64,000 bases of DNA. Source: Bacteroidales bacterium. GTDB lineage: Bacteria; Bacteroidota; Bacteroidia; Bacteroidales; Tenuifilaceae. Positions 9,289-20,344 of the stretch are shown piece by piece; position 1 is the first letter of the stretch, and each line of letters opens with the position of its first letter. The position numbers and the translations under genes were made by a program. The notes below the pieces were generated by a model that saw only the letters and a list, made by a program, of their open reading frames with translations, was not told the origin of the DNA and did not search any database. The DNA lies in the NCBI GenBank assembly GCA_016931855.1, contig JAFGDZ010000026.1, positions 31,472-95,471 of the forward strand, in the 5' to 3' direction.

Positions 9289-12200
9289 ATGAGAATAATT
9301 TCTGCAACAATCCTTTTACTGATATCGCTACAGTGCTTTGCACAAACCACATACAACTTTGAGCTGGGCAGCATTGCCGAGTGGAGCCAGTTCCCTGCCG
9401 ACAGATGGGACGCATCAACAGATCAACCCATAAGTGGGACCTACTCCCTAAGGCAAATCTTTGATAATGGTGTAGCAAGCGTTGATGCCATTTCAACGCC
9501 ACTTGCAACAGGAAACCTTGCTACAGGAAGGGCTACTTGGCGGTTCAAGCTTAGGCATGGATACGATCCCTCTGGGTCTAACCGCTGGTGGTTCCTACTT
9601 ATGGCCAATGGCGATGCCTCCACCATTACAACAGGAACAGCAATGGGTACAGCTTCGGGCTACGCTGTGGGTGTAAACGTTGTGGGATCAACCGATTTGG
9701 TTGCGCTATACAAAATTGAGGCAGGTACTCCCACTGCAATTGTAACATCAACAGTTAACTGGCAAACCCAAATAGGGAAAGCTACCCCAGGAGCCATTGA
9801 GGTTACCCGAACCGAAACGGGCAGCTTCACGCTAAAAATATCTACCACTGGTGATTTTGGTTCCCTAGTAAACGAAGGAACAGCCTACGACAACACCTTT
9901 ACGCAAGCAACACACATGGGACTGGCTTACCAGTACACAGCCAGCGCCGATAGACAAATATGGCTCGACGATGTGGAGTACACATACCAACCACTAAATG
10001 CTAACGATGCCACAACAACTGTGGAGCTACCTGTTACGCAAGTTACAGCGGGAAGAGTTTCTTCAACAGCTACGCAGCAAAGCATGGCTGTAGAGGTGCT
10101 TAGGTTTACCATTAGCGATAATGGTACAACCGATGGGCTACCAACAAGAGCCAAGCAGGTTGAGTTTATACCAGGGGCTAACAACAGGGTAGATTGGGCT
10201 ACATCGCTTGGCGGAGCAGCACTAAAGAATAGCACAGGGACAGTAGTTTCTACCCATGCAACCATTGAGAGCAATGCCCTAACCATTGCTGTTGACTCAC
10301 TACTCGCCGAAGTTTCCGATGGCACATCGCAAGAGTTCTCCCTTTGGGTATATTTGGCACCCAAGGCCTTTACCGATGGCGACTCACTTGCTTTTACCAT
10401 TGATAAGCAGAATAGTGCTTGGCTTGCTGGCATTAGCGGGTCAAACTTTACCCAGGAGTTTGCCCAGCAGATTGCCTCCCCTATTTTTACGGTTGATGTT
10501 GCGGCAACAAGGCTATGGTATGCGCTTTACCCGCAATCTGTTATTGTAAACCAACCATTCAGCATCAGCATAAACGCCACAGACGAGTACGGGTCGGCTG
10601 ACGCCGATTTTAACCAACCCGTTACCCTGGCACTAGCATCAGGGGATGGAGTACTAAGCTCATCAACAGGGCTCACCAAAAGCGCAGTGGCAGGCACCGC
10701 TCATTGGAACGATATCAAAATAAACACAACAGGGATACTCTCTATAAACGCATCCAGTAGCGGACTAACTCCCGCTATTGGTGAAAGCGTGGCAGCAAAC
10801 AACGACACCACAACAGTAATCCTAATTCCAAGCAACCAGCCAACCACCTCAGCCATTCCCTCTACCACCAACTTTATTGGACAAGCAGTTGAGGTGTTCC
10901 GCTTTAGGGTATTCGACCAAGGAACAGGCGATGGAAAACCAACAATAATACGACAGATTAAGCTGTACCGAGGCGAAGGAGAGAACCTTATTTCCCTATC
11001 AAAAGTTATTGCGGGATTACTAGTTAAGGTTGATGGTTCTATTGCATCGCTGTCCCAACCCGATATAAAAACCGATTACCTAACCATTGCAGCAAGCCCT
11101 TCTGGCTGGGTTGTTCCCGATGGTGGCGTTACAGAGTTCTCCATTCTGGTTTACCTTAAAACAAGCGGCATAACCGATAATCAGAACCTAAGCCTTACTA
11201 TAAAAAACAGCAACCATGGATTTGTGACCGACACACAGGGATCAAGCATTGTAACCACTCTACCCCAAAGCATTTCGTCGGCAGCATTCCCCATAACCGT
11301 TACTGGCACAACACTTAAGTTCACCAAACAACCCACCTGGGTTGGTGTAAACACCCCGTTCACAGTAGAGGTTTCGGCAACAGATAGCAATGGGAATATT
11401 GATACCGATTATTCAGGCACCATTAAACTAGGCATAGCATCGGGTAACGGAGAGCTTGTGGCGGCAAATGGAGAAGAAATTATAGCAACAAATGGCACAG
11501 CTAAGTTCGAGCCGTTAAGCTACAATACCGCGGAGGCATTTACGCTAAAAGCAACCGCAACCAATTTACTAGGAACGCTATCGGGTAGCATTACCTGTGG
11601 CGATAAGGATGGTATGGCAAGTGCACCAGGCAGCCAGATAGATTCCCAAACCGTATCGTCCACATCCAACAGCACCAGCAGCACATTCCCATTAATATCA
11701 TTCAACATCAGCGATGGAGGAACAACAGATGGGCTACCCATCAACATCCAAAAACTTGAGTTTAGAAATTTCCTTTACCCCAACGGGGAAGCACTAAACC
11801 AACTAATTGCAGGTGCTTTTATTGTAGTTGATGGAGAAGAGGTTATGCCATTAGAGGTAAGCATTACCGCCGATAAGCTAACGCTAACCTTTGCCGATGG
11901 GGTAGCAACCATACCCAATGGATACGCCTACGGCATAACGCTATTTGCTTACCTAAAAAACAGCCCAATTCCCGACGGGTCAAGGTTACAACTATACATT
12001 GCCAACCAGAGCCACGGATGGACAACCTACCCATCGGGTTCATCGTTTGCCGATGAGTTTAGCGCTGCCATTTACGGACTACCTGCTACTATTGATGTAG
12101 AGGCAACCGAGCTGCGTTTTCTAAACGTACCCCTTTCGGTTGAAGCAAACCAGCCATTCAGCATCTTTGCTGTTTGTACCGATAGTAATGGAAACCTTGA

Positions 12201-14967
12201 CAAAGCCTTCTCGGGCACTGCCGAAGTAATTATGGCACAAGGCACTGGCGAACTACTGGTTGAGAGCAACGAGGTAACCATTAGTAACGGATTGGCAGAA
12301 TGGGCCGATGCCTCATTCTCTCAAAACGGAACCTACAAAATTGCCGCAAGAGCCGAAGGAGTGACCAGCACCACATCAAACCAAATATTCTGCGGATTCA
12401 GCAACAGCTGCCCAACAAGTGAGCCATTTGAGTCGAACTCCATTAGCACCTACCCTGGAGCAAACGGATGGTTTATTTCAGACTTATCGCCCATATCGGG
12501 TAGCAAATCGCTACAGCATAAGCCAACCACATTAGGAGGTACCAGCTACCTTTCCATGCCTATGGAACCAATAGTAACTGGCGATGCCACTATGGAGTGG
12601 AATGTTACGCTCCGCAATGGCGCATGGGATCCTTCATCGGAGAACACCTTCTGGTACGTACTTGGAGCCAATGGCTCAGACCTTACATCGGCAACGCTAA
12701 ATGGCTATGCGGTAGGTGTTAGAGTGCTATCGGATGGCGACTGGCTATCGGTTTGGAAAATTACACAGGGGAAAGCCGCAGAGGTGATAGTACAATCGGA
12801 GTTTGACTGGAACGAGAGCCAAACGGTTGATATATCAGTAAAAACATCGCCACTTGGCGACTGGTACCTTGGTTACACCCTTTGGGGAAAGGGCGGATAT
12901 TCAAGCACCACAGCCCCCGTTAGGTTTGCCGCTACCGATACGCTACGCTACATGGGCCCTGTTTTCTCTTACTCACAGTCGCGCTCAGGTCAGCTTTGGG
13001 TGGACAATATCAACTTCTGCAAAACCTACTTCCCGCCACAGTTAACAAAGGCAACGCCACTAAGTATGACCTCGGTTAGGGTTAGCCTATCGGCAATTCC
13101 ATCAACAATAAACGGCAGCACGTTTGCCATAAAAACAGCAAGTGGGCAAAGCATTGCGGTTAAAGATGCAACGCTAACAGCTGGCAAACCCGAGGTTTTG
13201 CTATCGACAGATGTGCTTACACAGGAAAACCTAACGCTAACCGCATGCGGACTAACTAACAGCAATGGCGATGCAGTTTGCAGCAGCATAACCTTCCGCA
13301 TTGGCGGCGAGGGCTCTTTTAACCGCGTTGTAATCAACGAGGTTATGAGCGACCCCACACCCGTTGTGGGATTACCAGAGGCAGAGTACATTGAGGTTTA
13401 CAACCCATCGGAAACAGACTCAATAAGCATAACAGGATGGACGCTAACCGTGGGCAACGCCACCGCTAAACTGCCCGACTCATACATTAAGAGTAGGCAG
13501 CACGCCATACTATGCGCTACATCACAGGTGAGTACATTCAGCACTTATGGCAAATCCATAGGCGTAAGCAGCTTTCCATCGTTACCAAACAGCGGGGCAC
13601 TTGTTCAGCTTCGCGACCAAAACGGGATGCTAGTTTCCTATGTCGATTACCTTGCATCGTGGCACAGCGACTCAACCAAGCGGGATGGCGGCTACTCCCT
13701 TGAGCGCATTAACCCGCTTAGCCCCGATGGTGGCGTAGGCAACTGGGCATCGTCAAAGGCAGCAATAGGGGGAACTCCAGGTAGAGAGAACTCCGCAAAG
13801 GGAACCTACACCGATAATGTAGCACCACTTATTAGCTGGCACCGATTACCTAATGAGCAAACCATTCTAGTTGCATTTAATGAAGCCATGGATAGCCTAT
13901 CGGTTTGGAATCCCAACAGCTACTCGTTCCAGAATAATGAGCTGAGCATTGCTGCGGTAAACGTTACAGGGGCGCTATCCAATCAGGTGGAGCTATTGCT
14001 TGATGCTGCACTAGAGGTTGGTAAAAGCTACACTCTTTGCATATCGGAAAGTGTAACCGACCTATCGGGTAACGCCTATAGCAACGGCTGCATTACCATT
14101 GTTAGGCCACATCAACCCGAACTAAGTGATATTATTATCAACGAAGTACTTTTTAACCCATACACAGGCGGAACCGATTTTGTGGAACTGTACAATCGTT
14201 CGGAGAAAATATTGGATTTATCCATGCTATCGTTAGCCAATAGGGATTTGGTTAGCCTTGGCATAAAGGAGGTTTATTCCATCACCACAAACAGCAAGCT
14301 GCTATACCCAGGCGAGTACGCAGTGCTATCGGCTAATAGCAGCGCTGTAACAGCATTCTACAATGCGCAAACCCCATCGGCACTTGTTGCAATGGATAAA
14401 ATACCAGCATTTGCAAGCGATATGGGATATGTGGTTCTCCTAACCTATTACGGCGATTTAATTGACGAGATGTACTACACAGAGAAGATGCACCATCCAC
14501 TTCTGGTAAGTCCCAAGGGCGTTTCGTTGGAACGGGTAAACCCAGAAATAAGCTCAAACGATAGCGGAGCATGGCAATCGGCTTCGCAAGCAGTGGGGTT
14601 TGCCACACCAACCTACGCCAACTCCCAGCAGGTTAATTTGGTTACCCCAACCGATGAGTTCACGCTATCGCCCGAAACCTTCTCGCCCAATGGCGATGGA
14701 ATAGACGATATGCTAACCATAGGCTACTCTCTACCCGAGGCAGGACACGTAGCCAATATCAGAATTTTCACATCGGAAGGGAAAGAGGTAAAGCGGCTAG
14801 CATCGAATCTGTTACTTGGAACGGAGGGACAAATATTCTGGAATGGCCTTAACGAGCAGAACCAAAAAGTAAAACCAGGCATCTACCTGGTTTACATTGA
14901 GCGTTTCGACCTAAAAGGTAACTCAACGCAGTATAAAAAGGTTTGTGTTGTAGCCCAGCGTTTATAA
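9289..14967 (+). CDS. large secreted protein with two lamin-tail domains and a T9SS type-B (CHU_C/SprB-type) C-terminal sorting domain
   Basis: Signal peptide. Two LTD motifs (VVINEVMSDP...EYIEVYNPS...GWTL at about 13330-13480; IIINEVLFNP...DFVELYNRS at about 14130-14260). C-terminus FSPNGDGIDDML...IRIFTSEGKEV...WNGLNE...GIYLVYIE matches the gliding-motility C-terminal domain. An N-terminal ~220-aa domain is duplicated internally (GYAVGVNVVGSTD / GYAVGVRVLSDGD). Confidence 0.8.
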   Translation: MRIISATILLLISLQCFAQTTYNFELGSIAEWSQFPADRWDASTDQPISGTYSLRQIFDNGVASVDAISTPLATGNLATGRATWRFKLRHGYDPSGSNRWWFLLMANGDASTITTGTAMGTASGYAVGVNVVGSTDLVALYKIEAGTPTAIVTSTVNWQTQIGKATPGAIEVTRTETGSFTLKISTTGDFGSLVNEGTAYDNTFTQATHMGLAYQYTASADRQIWLDDVEYTYQPLNANDATTTVELPVTQVTAGRVSSTATQQSMAVEVLRFTISDNGTTDGLPTRAKQVEFIPGANNRVDWATSLGGAALKNSTGTVVSTHATIESNALTIAVDSLLAEVSDGTSQEFSLWVYLAPKAFTDGDSLAFTIDKQNSAWLAGISGSNFTQEFAQQIASPIFTVDVAATRLWYALYPQSVIVNQPFSISINATDEYGSADADFNQPVTLALASGDGVLSSSTGLTKSAVAGTAHWNDIKINTTGILSINASSSGLTPAIGESVAANNDTTTVILIPSNQPTTSAIPSTTNFIGQAVEVFRFRVFDQGTGDGKPTIIRQIKLYRGEGENLISLSKVIAGLLVKVDGSIASLSQPDIKTDYLTIAASPSGWVVPDGGVTEFSILVYLKTSGITDNQNLSLTIKNSNHGFVTDTQGSSIVTTLPQSISSAAFPITVTGTTLKFTKQPTWVGVNTPFTVEVSATDSNGNIDTDYSGTIKLGIASGNGELVAANGEEIIATNGTAKFEPLSYNTAEAFTLKATATNLLGTLSGSITCGDKDGMASAPGSQIDSQTVSSTSNSTSSTFPLISFNISDGGTTDGLPINIQKLEFRNFLYPNGEALNQLIAGAFIVVDGEEVMPLEVSITADKLTLTFADGVATIPNGYAYGITLFAYLKNSPIPDGSRLQLYIANQSHGWTTYPSGSSFADEFSAAIYGLPATIDVEATELRFLNVPLSVEANQPFSIFAVCTDSNGNLDKAFSGTAEVIMAQGTGELLVESNEVTISNGLAEWADASFSQNGTYKIAARAEGVTSTTSNQIFCGFSNSCPTSEPFESNSISTYPGANGWFISDLSPISGSKSLQHKPTTLGGTSYLSMPMEPIVTGDATMEWNVTLRNGAWDPSSENTFWYVLGANGSDLTSATLNGYAVGVRVLSDGDWLSVWKITQGKAAEVIVQSEFDWNESQTVDISVKTSPLGDWYLGYTLWGKGGYSSTTAPVRFAATDTLRYMGPVFSYSQSRSGQLWVDNINFCKTYFPPQLTKATPLSMTSVRVSLSAIPSTINGSTFAIKTASGQSIAVKDATLTAGKPEVLLSTDVLTQENLTLTACGLTNSNGDAVCSSITFRIGGEGSFNRVVINEVMSDPTPVVGLPEAEYIEVYNPSETDSISITGWTLTVGNATAKLPDSYIKSRQHAILCATSQVSTFSTYGKSIGVSSFPSLPNSGALVQLRDQNGMLVSYVDYLASWHSDSTKRDGGYSLERINPLSPDGGVGNWASSKAAIGGTPGRENSAKGTYTDNVAPLISWHRLPNEQTILVAFNEAMDSLSVWNPNSYSFQNNELSIAAVNVTGALSNQVELLLDAALEVGKSYTLCISESVTDLSGNAYSNGCITIVRPHQPELSDIIINEVLFNPYTGGTDFVELYNRSEKILDLSMLSLANRDLVSLGIKEVYSITTNSKLLYPGEYAVLSANSSAVTAFYNAQTPSALVAMDKIPAFASDMGYVVLLTYYGDLIDEMYYTEKMHHPLLVSPKGVSLERVNPEISSNDSGAWQSASQAVGFATPTYANSQQVNLVTPTDEFTLSPETFSPNGDGIDDMLTIGYSLPEAGHVANIRIFTSEGKEVKRLASNLLLGTEGQIFWNGLNEQNQKVKPGIYLVYIERFDLKGNSTQYKKVCVVAQRL

Positions 14968-14986
14968 CGCGGGCTACACGCTCAAC

Positions 14987-15796
14987 CTATAGCTGTTTAA
15001 GCATCTCTTCCATAATGAGGGTCATCTTCTTCTCAGCTTGCTGACCAATTTTCTGAACCTCCTCATGTGTTACCTCCACAATTTTGCCAGGTACACCAAG
15101 GTCGGTAATAATTGATATAGCAAACACAGGAAGCCCCATGTGGCGCGCCACAATTACCTCTGGCACGGTTGACATACCAACGGTATCGCCACCAATAATG
15201 CGGAAGTACTGATACTCCTTGGGTGTTTCAAAGGTTGGGCCAGTGGTACCAACATAACAACCCTCAACGGTTCTAATGTTGTTTGCCTGAGCAACCTTTT
15301 TTGCAAGAGCCATAAGATCCCTGTCGTAGGCCTGACTCATATCGGGGAACCTAGTTCCTAGCTCCTTAATGTTTGGGCCAAGTAGCGGGTTTGGCATTAG
15401 GTTGATATGGTCGTTAATAATCATCAGGTCGCCAATCTCAAAATCGGGATTTACGCCACCACTCGCGTTAGAAACAAAAAGGTTTTTAACCCCTAGGAAC
15501 TTCATTACGCGAACAGGAAAGGTAACCTGTTTCATATCGTAACCCTCGTAGTAGTGGAAACGCCCTTGCATAGCCACCACCTTTTTTCCGCCCAAATCAC
15601 CAAAAATTAACCTACCAGAGTGCCCCTCAACGGTTGACACTGGGAAGTTGGGTATGCTTGAGTACTCTAATACTTCTTGGTTTTTGATATCCTTTACTAG
15701 TCCACCCAGTCCAGTTCCCAGAATAATACCAATTTCTGGACGAGCCTTAACGTTTGACTCAATAAATGCCGTAGTTTCCTTTATTCTTTCCAGCAT
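14987..15796 (-). CDS. punA: purine nucleoside phosphorylase (PNP family 1)
   Basis: IGIILGTGLGGL, VEGHSGRLIFG and TTGPTFETPKE motifs. Confidence 0.9.
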   Translation of the reverse strand: MLERIKETTAFIESNVKARPEIGIILGTGLGGLVKDIKNQEVLEYSSIPNFPVSTVEGHSGRLIFGDLGGKKVVAMQGRFHYYEGYDMKQVTFPVRVMKFLGVKNLFVSNASGGVNPDFEIGDLMIINDHINLMPNPLLGPNIKELGTRFPDMSQAYDRDLMALAKKVAQANNIRTVEGCYVGTTGPTFETPKEYQYFRIIGGDTVGMSTVPEVIVARHMGLPVFAISIITDLGVPGKIVEVTHEEVQKIGQQAEKKMTLIMEEMLKQL

Positions 15797-16823
15797 ACTT
15801 AATTAATTGATTATTAAACACATCCTTTTGATCGCCAAAAAAATTCACCTCAATGGGAACGTAAAATAAAAAGTCGCCCAGAAGCTCCTTGGCCAAATCA
15901 ATCTCTAACAGTCGGGAAGCATCCTTTTCTGTAGTAACAATGATTTTGTTTTTACTTTCCAAACGGGAGAATTTTTCAAAGATACTTCTAATTTTTTTCT
16001 CGTTAAAAAAGAGATGATCGGGGAAGGCTATTTTTTCCACCACGTTACAATTTTCTTCAAGGAAGGTAAAGAATGGCATAGGCGAAGCAATTCCAGCAAA
16101 GGCTATGGCATCAACATCTTTAGCTAAGCTGATATTGGTGCTACCAAACACAGGCGATGGCTTTCCGTACTTTAGAGAGGTAAAGTAAACCGTTTGGTAT
16201 GGTAGTGGAGCAATATCCTTTGTAATAACCCGCATATCAATAGGTTTAATATTTAGCGGGCATTTGGTTACGATAATAATATCGGCACGCCTCATCTCTA
16301 TGCGCCCATCGCGAAGCCGCCCATAGGGCATAAAGTAGTCCTGGGTATAGGGTTTTGCATAATCGGTTAGCAGAATGGAAAGACCAGGCTTAACGCGCCT
16401 ATGCTGAAATGCATCGTCTAGCAGAACGATATCAACATCTGGAATCTCCTTAATAATCATGTTTATTCCGTTAACCCTATCGGTATCAACAGAAACAGTA
16501 ACATCAGGAAACTTCCGTTTTATTTGCAGCGGCTCATCGCCCACCTCAGTAGCCGTAGAGGTAACCTCTGCAAACCTAAACCCCTTGGTTTTACGCTTAT
16601 AGCCCCTGCTAAGCGTTGCCACCTTTTTCGATTGCGACAAGAGCCTAACCAAATACTCTATATGAGGTGTTTTACCTGTTCCCCCAACCGCAAGGTTCCC
16701 TATACAGATAACCGAGCGGTTAAAGCTGGTAGATTTAATGATATTCCAATCAAAAAATTTATTTCTAATCTTTACCACCATTCCGTAAAGGAGAGCAAAG
16801 GGAAACAGAAGGATTTTTGCCAT
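15759..16823 (-). CDS. lpxK: tetraacyldisaccharide 4'-kinase
   Basis: VICIGNLAVGGTGKTP P-loop and LpxK fold. The 3' end overlaps punA by 38 nt. Confidence 0.85.
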   Translation of the reverse strand: MAKILLFPFALLYGMVVKIRNKFFDWNIIKSTSFNRSVICIGNLAVGGTGKTPHIEYLVRLLSQSKKVATLSRGYKRKTKGFRFAEVTSTATEVGDEPLQIKRKFPDVTVSVDTDRVNGINMIIKEIPDVDIVLLDDAFQHRRVKPGLSILLTDYAKPYTQDYFMPYGRLRDGRIEMRRADIIIVTKCPLNIKPIDMRVITKDIAPLPYQTVYFTSLKYGKPSPVFGSTNISLAKDVDAIAFAGIASPMPFFTFLEENCNVVEKIAFPDHLFFNEKKIRSIFEKFSRLESKNKIIVTTEKDASRLLEIDLAKELLGDFLFYVPIEVNFFGDQKDVFNNQLIKYAGKNKGNYGIY

Positions 16824-16982
16824 GTCAACTCATTTTCGAATAATGCACCGCAGTTCAACTTGCGCCCCAAAGTAACGAAAAACAAGCAATAAGCAATAGG
16901 TTGATTTTAGATATTGAGAATTGAGCTCCAGATATGGCATAAACCTAACAGGGACATTCCTACAGATCCAAGTTATATTCGC

Positions 16983-17020
16983 ATAAAAAAAGGAGACCGT
17001 TTTTAGGCGGCCTCCCTTAG
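16983..17020 (-). terminator. intrinsic terminator downstream of sppA
   Basis: On the minus strand GGAGGCCG-CCTAAAAA-CGGTCTCC hairpin followed by TTTTTTT. Confidence 0.5.
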
Positions 17021-17037
17021 TAATACTATAAAACGAA

Positions 17038-18807
17038 CTAGTAAATCTCCAAATCGTAAGGAATACGAGCCTGTACACCTTGGTTTTTAACCATGCTGTT
17101 AATATGCTCGTACTGTTTGTAAATAAAGGTAAACTCTTTGCCAAGCAGCATTACCTTGGCATTACCCGAAAGGTCTTCCATAAATGACTGGAACGGATCC
17201 TTAAGCTTAGGCAAATCTACAACCCTATACTCCTCAACACCTGCTTTTTCGGCAGCAAGAGCTATAGCGCGCTTTAACCCACCAAACTCATCAACAAGTT
17301 TAATATCCATAGCATTTACTCCGCTCCATACACGTCCTTGTCCAATGGCGTCAACATCGTCTTTGGTAATTCCACGCCCTTCTGCAACGTGACCAATAAA
17401 GGTTTGGTAAATATCCTCAACGCCTTGCTGGCTAATGGCGCGCTCCTGTGCAGACAAGGGGCGGTACACCGAACCAAAATCGGAGTACTTGTTGGTTTTA
17501 ACCACGTCAACAGTTAGGCCAATCTTTTTATTCATGCCCTCCTTAACGCTAAAGTACATGCCAAATACGCCAATTGAGCCGGTTATTGTTGTTGGGCTAG
17601 CAAGAATTACATCGCCAGGTGCGGCAATGTAATATCCGCCAGATGCGGCCAAATCGCCCATTGAAATAATTACTGGCTTTGCCTGCTTTGCAAGCACAAC
17701 CTCGCGCCAAATAACCTCAGATGCAAGGGCGCTTCCACCAGGAGAGTTTACGCGGAACACAATCGCTTTAATGGAGCTATCGCGGCGAGCCTCCCTAATT
17801 GCTTTAGAGATACCCTCTGAACCAATAACGCCATCACCGCCTTCGCCCATATTAATCTCGCCCTGTGCATAAACAACGGCAATCTTATTCTTTGCCAGGC
17901 CTTTTTTCTTTACAGGCGATGGAGCCTTAATGTACTTAGCAAGAGTAATGGTTGTTAGGTCTTTTTTAAGGTCGGTATCGGTTAAGTTCTTTAGCTTATC
18001 AATAAGCTGATCTTTATAGATTAGGCTGTCAATTAAACCATACTCAACCGAAGCTTTTGCGTTGGTAATAAGCATCTCATCGGCGTAACGATTCAGCTCA
18101 TCAGCTGCAATCCCTCTACTCTGGGCAATGCCCTTAACCCAATGGTTCCAGATTGAACCCATGTAGGTAAGCGTTTGCTCACGGTTGGCATCGCTCATCT
18201 TATCGAGCATAAATGGCTCTACCGCACTTTTAAACTTACCATGACGGATAATCTGAGGCTCTATACCCAACTTTTCAAGGGCATTTTTGTAGAACATAAT
18301 CTCACTTCTAAGGCCCATCCACTCCATCCCACCTTCTGGGTTCATGTAAATATTATCGGCAACAGAGGCAAGGTAGTATGCTTTTTGGCTATAAATATCG
18401 CTGTAGCTAATAATGAACTTACCCGACTCCTTAAAGTCGATAAGCGCATCGCGAATCTCTTCTAGCGTAGCGGCACCAGCAGGAATAGAGATAGCCTCAA
18501 TATAAATACCCTTAATCTTTGAATCCTCCTTAGCATTCTCTATTGCCTTAAGGATATTATTCAATCCAATCTGCTTTACAGAAGCAAATGGGCCAAGATC
18601 TAAATCGCCAAAAGGATTCTCAGCAGCTCTATCAACAATTGTTTCACTAAAATTGAGGTACAGAATAGAGTTGTCCTTAACATCAACAGGCTTATCGGCC
18701 GATGAAATCATGGCACCAAAGATTCCCATCATAATAAGGAATCCTAAAAAAGAGGCAATAAACACCCCTACTATTGTTGCCAGCAAATACTTAAAAAAAC
18801 TTTTCAT
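17038..18807 (-). CDS. sppA: signal peptide peptidase SppA (67K type)
   Basis: N-terminal TM, two ClpP/crotonase-like S49 domains (catalytic GDLAASGGYY). Confidence 0.9.
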   Translation of the reverse strand: MKSFFKYLLATIVGVFIASFLGFLIMMGIFGAMISSADKPVDVKDNSILYLNFSETIVDRAAENPFGDLDLGPFASVKQIGLNNILKAIENAKEDSKIKGIYIEAISIPAGAATLEEIRDALIDFKESGKFIISYSDIYSQKAYYLASVADNIYMNPEGGMEWMGLRSEIMFYKNALEKLGIEPQIIRHGKFKSAVEPFMLDKMSDANREQTLTYMGSIWNHWVKGIAQSRGIAADELNRYADEMLITNAKASVEYGLIDSLIYKDQLIDKLKNLTDTDLKKDLTTITLAKYIKAPSPVKKKGLAKNKIAVVYAQGEINMGEGGDGVIGSEGISKAIREARRDSSIKAIVFRVNSPGGSALASEVIWREVVLAKQAKPVIISMGDLAASGGYYIAAPGDVILASPTTITGSIGVFGMYFSVKEGMNKKIGLTVDVVKTNKYSDFGSVYRPLSAQERAISQQGVEDIYQTFIGHVAEGRGITKDDVDAIGQGRVWSGVNAMDIKLVDEFGGLKRAIALAAEKAGVEEYRVVDLPKLKDPFQSFMEDLSGNAKVMLLGKEFTFIYKQYEHINSMVKNQGVQARIPYDLEIY

Positions 18808-19081
18808 GCTTATGGGTTTTATAGATTAATAAAAGGTAACTGTGTTCAAAATACAAAAACTACTGTAATTTACTGATAATATAACTACTAAAAACACCTT
18901 AGCCTTACCACCACCCCGTATTAAATTAAGCCAAAGGGCAAATAAGCAGCAAACAGATAGAGCTATACTTTTATGAATAATGGCACAGCCTGAGGTATCG
19001 TATTCTATCATCAGTATGATATTAGTAGAAGATGGAAAGTAATTTTTACATTTGTGGCAAAATATTTTTACAGGAAAGGAA

Positions 19082-19588
19082 ATGGCACAAGCGATACTGC
19101 TAATTGGGGGGAATTTGGGTGATAGGTTAAAGTACCTTGAACTTGCCGAAGAGCTAATATCGGAGCGGATTGGGCCCATTGAGCTAAAGTCGCCAATTTA
19201 CGAGTCGGAGCCATGGGGTTTCAACCACCAGCAAAATTTTCTTAACAGAGCGCTTAGCGTTAGAGCAATGCGTTCGCCCCTAGAGGTGCTAGACGCAATA
19301 GGAGGTATTGAGAATGATTTGGGCAGGGTGAGGCTTGGGAATGGCTACTCGGCCCGCACACAGGATATTGACATCATCTTCTACGATCAGCACGTAATGC
19401 TTACCCCAAGACTTACAATACCACACAAGTTGCTCCACGAACGGCTATTTGTTCTGAAGCCCCTTGCCGATATTATTCCAGATTTCATTCACCCACTATT
19501 TGGGGTAACGGTTAATGAGCTCCTAGCGGTTTGCCCCGATAGGAGTAGCGCATGGCTATATCAGCCGCAGAAGAAAAAAGCGGAGTAG
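19082..19588 (+). CDS. folK: 2-amino-4-hydroxy-6-hydroxymethyldihydropteridine pyrophosphokinase
   Basis: MAQAILLIGGNLGD...YESEPWGF...RTQDIDII...ERLFVLKPL HPPK signature. Start re-called to Met11 of the tracked ORF. Confidence 0.85.
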   Translation: MAQAILLIGGNLGDRLKYLELAEELISERIGPIELKSPIYESEPWGFNHQQNFLNRALSVRAMRSPLEVLDAIGGIENDLGRVRLGNGYSARTQDIDIIFYDQHVMLTPRLTIPHKLLHERLFVLKPLADIIPDFIHPLFGVTVNELLAVCPDRSSAWLYQPQKKKAE

Positions 19589-19589
19589 G

Positions 19590-20240
19590 TTACATTTTGC
19601 TTCCGTAGGCCAAATCGCCAGCATCGCCTAACCCGGGAACAATGTAGGATTTAACGGTTAGCTCATCGTCAACCGCTCCAGCCCAAATGGTAACATTTTT
19701 CTGTGGCATGTTTTTTCGGGTGTACTCAACGCCCTCCCTTGATGCAATAATGGTTACTATGTGCGTATGGCTGGGAGTTCCCCGCTCAAGCATGGCCTTG
19801 TACGCCAACACCATTGATGCGCCTGTTGCCAGCATTGGGTCAACAATAACCAGTACCTTACCCTCCAGCGATGGGCACGACAGGTGCTCAAACTGAATTT
19901 TAAAGGTGCCATCCTTGCTGTACTTGCGATACGCTGAGATAAATGCATTCTCGGCCTTGTCAAAGAAGTTAAGCATTCCCTGATGCAAAGGAAGCCCTGC
20001 GCGTAGGATTACACCAAGCACAAGCTCATCGCTAGGCGTTGACACCTCAGCAACGCCAAGGGGAGTTTGAATTTGCCGCTTCTGATAGCTGAGCTCTTTA
20101 CTGAGTTCATAGGCAAAAACCTCACCTATTCTCTCAAGGTTTCGTCTAAACCTTAAACTATCCTTCTGAACCTGCTCATCGCGTACTTCGGCTATGAACT
20201 GGTTTAAAACAGAGTTCCCTTCACCAAGGATTCTTACCAT
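19590..20240 (-). CDS. upp: uracil phosphoribosyltransferase
   Basis: PRTase motif VLVIVDPMLATGASM and C-terminal YIVPGLGDAGD. Confidence 0.9.
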   Translation of the reverse strand: MVRILGEGNSVLNQFIAEVRDEQVQKDSLRFRRNLERIGEVFAYELSKELSYQKRQIQTPLGVAEVSTPSDELVLGVILRAGLPLHQGMLNFFDKAENAFISAYRKYSKDGTFKIQFEHLSCPSLEGKVLVIVDPMLATGASMVLAYKAMLERGTPSHTHIVTIIASREGVEYTRKNMPQKNVTIWAGAVDDELTVKSYIVPGLGDAGDLAYGSKM

Positions 20241-20344
20241 GACTACTGTGTGTGATTGTTGATGAAATTTGCCCGAAAATTACAAAAAGTAACGCAAAGA
20301 ACAGCAATTGTTTTGCGTACGGTTAGCTGCTAGCACAAAATAGG

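Noticed and set aside
16830-17144. ORF 16830..17144 (-) of 104 aa
   Set aside because: It overlaps the sppA 3' end and its terminator, and no protein signature is present.
18826-19179. ORF 18826..19179 (-) of 117 aa
   Set aside because: It overlaps the folK start on the other strand, it is Cys/Ile-rich with low complexity, and it has no homolog recognised. It is probably non-coding intergenic sequence.
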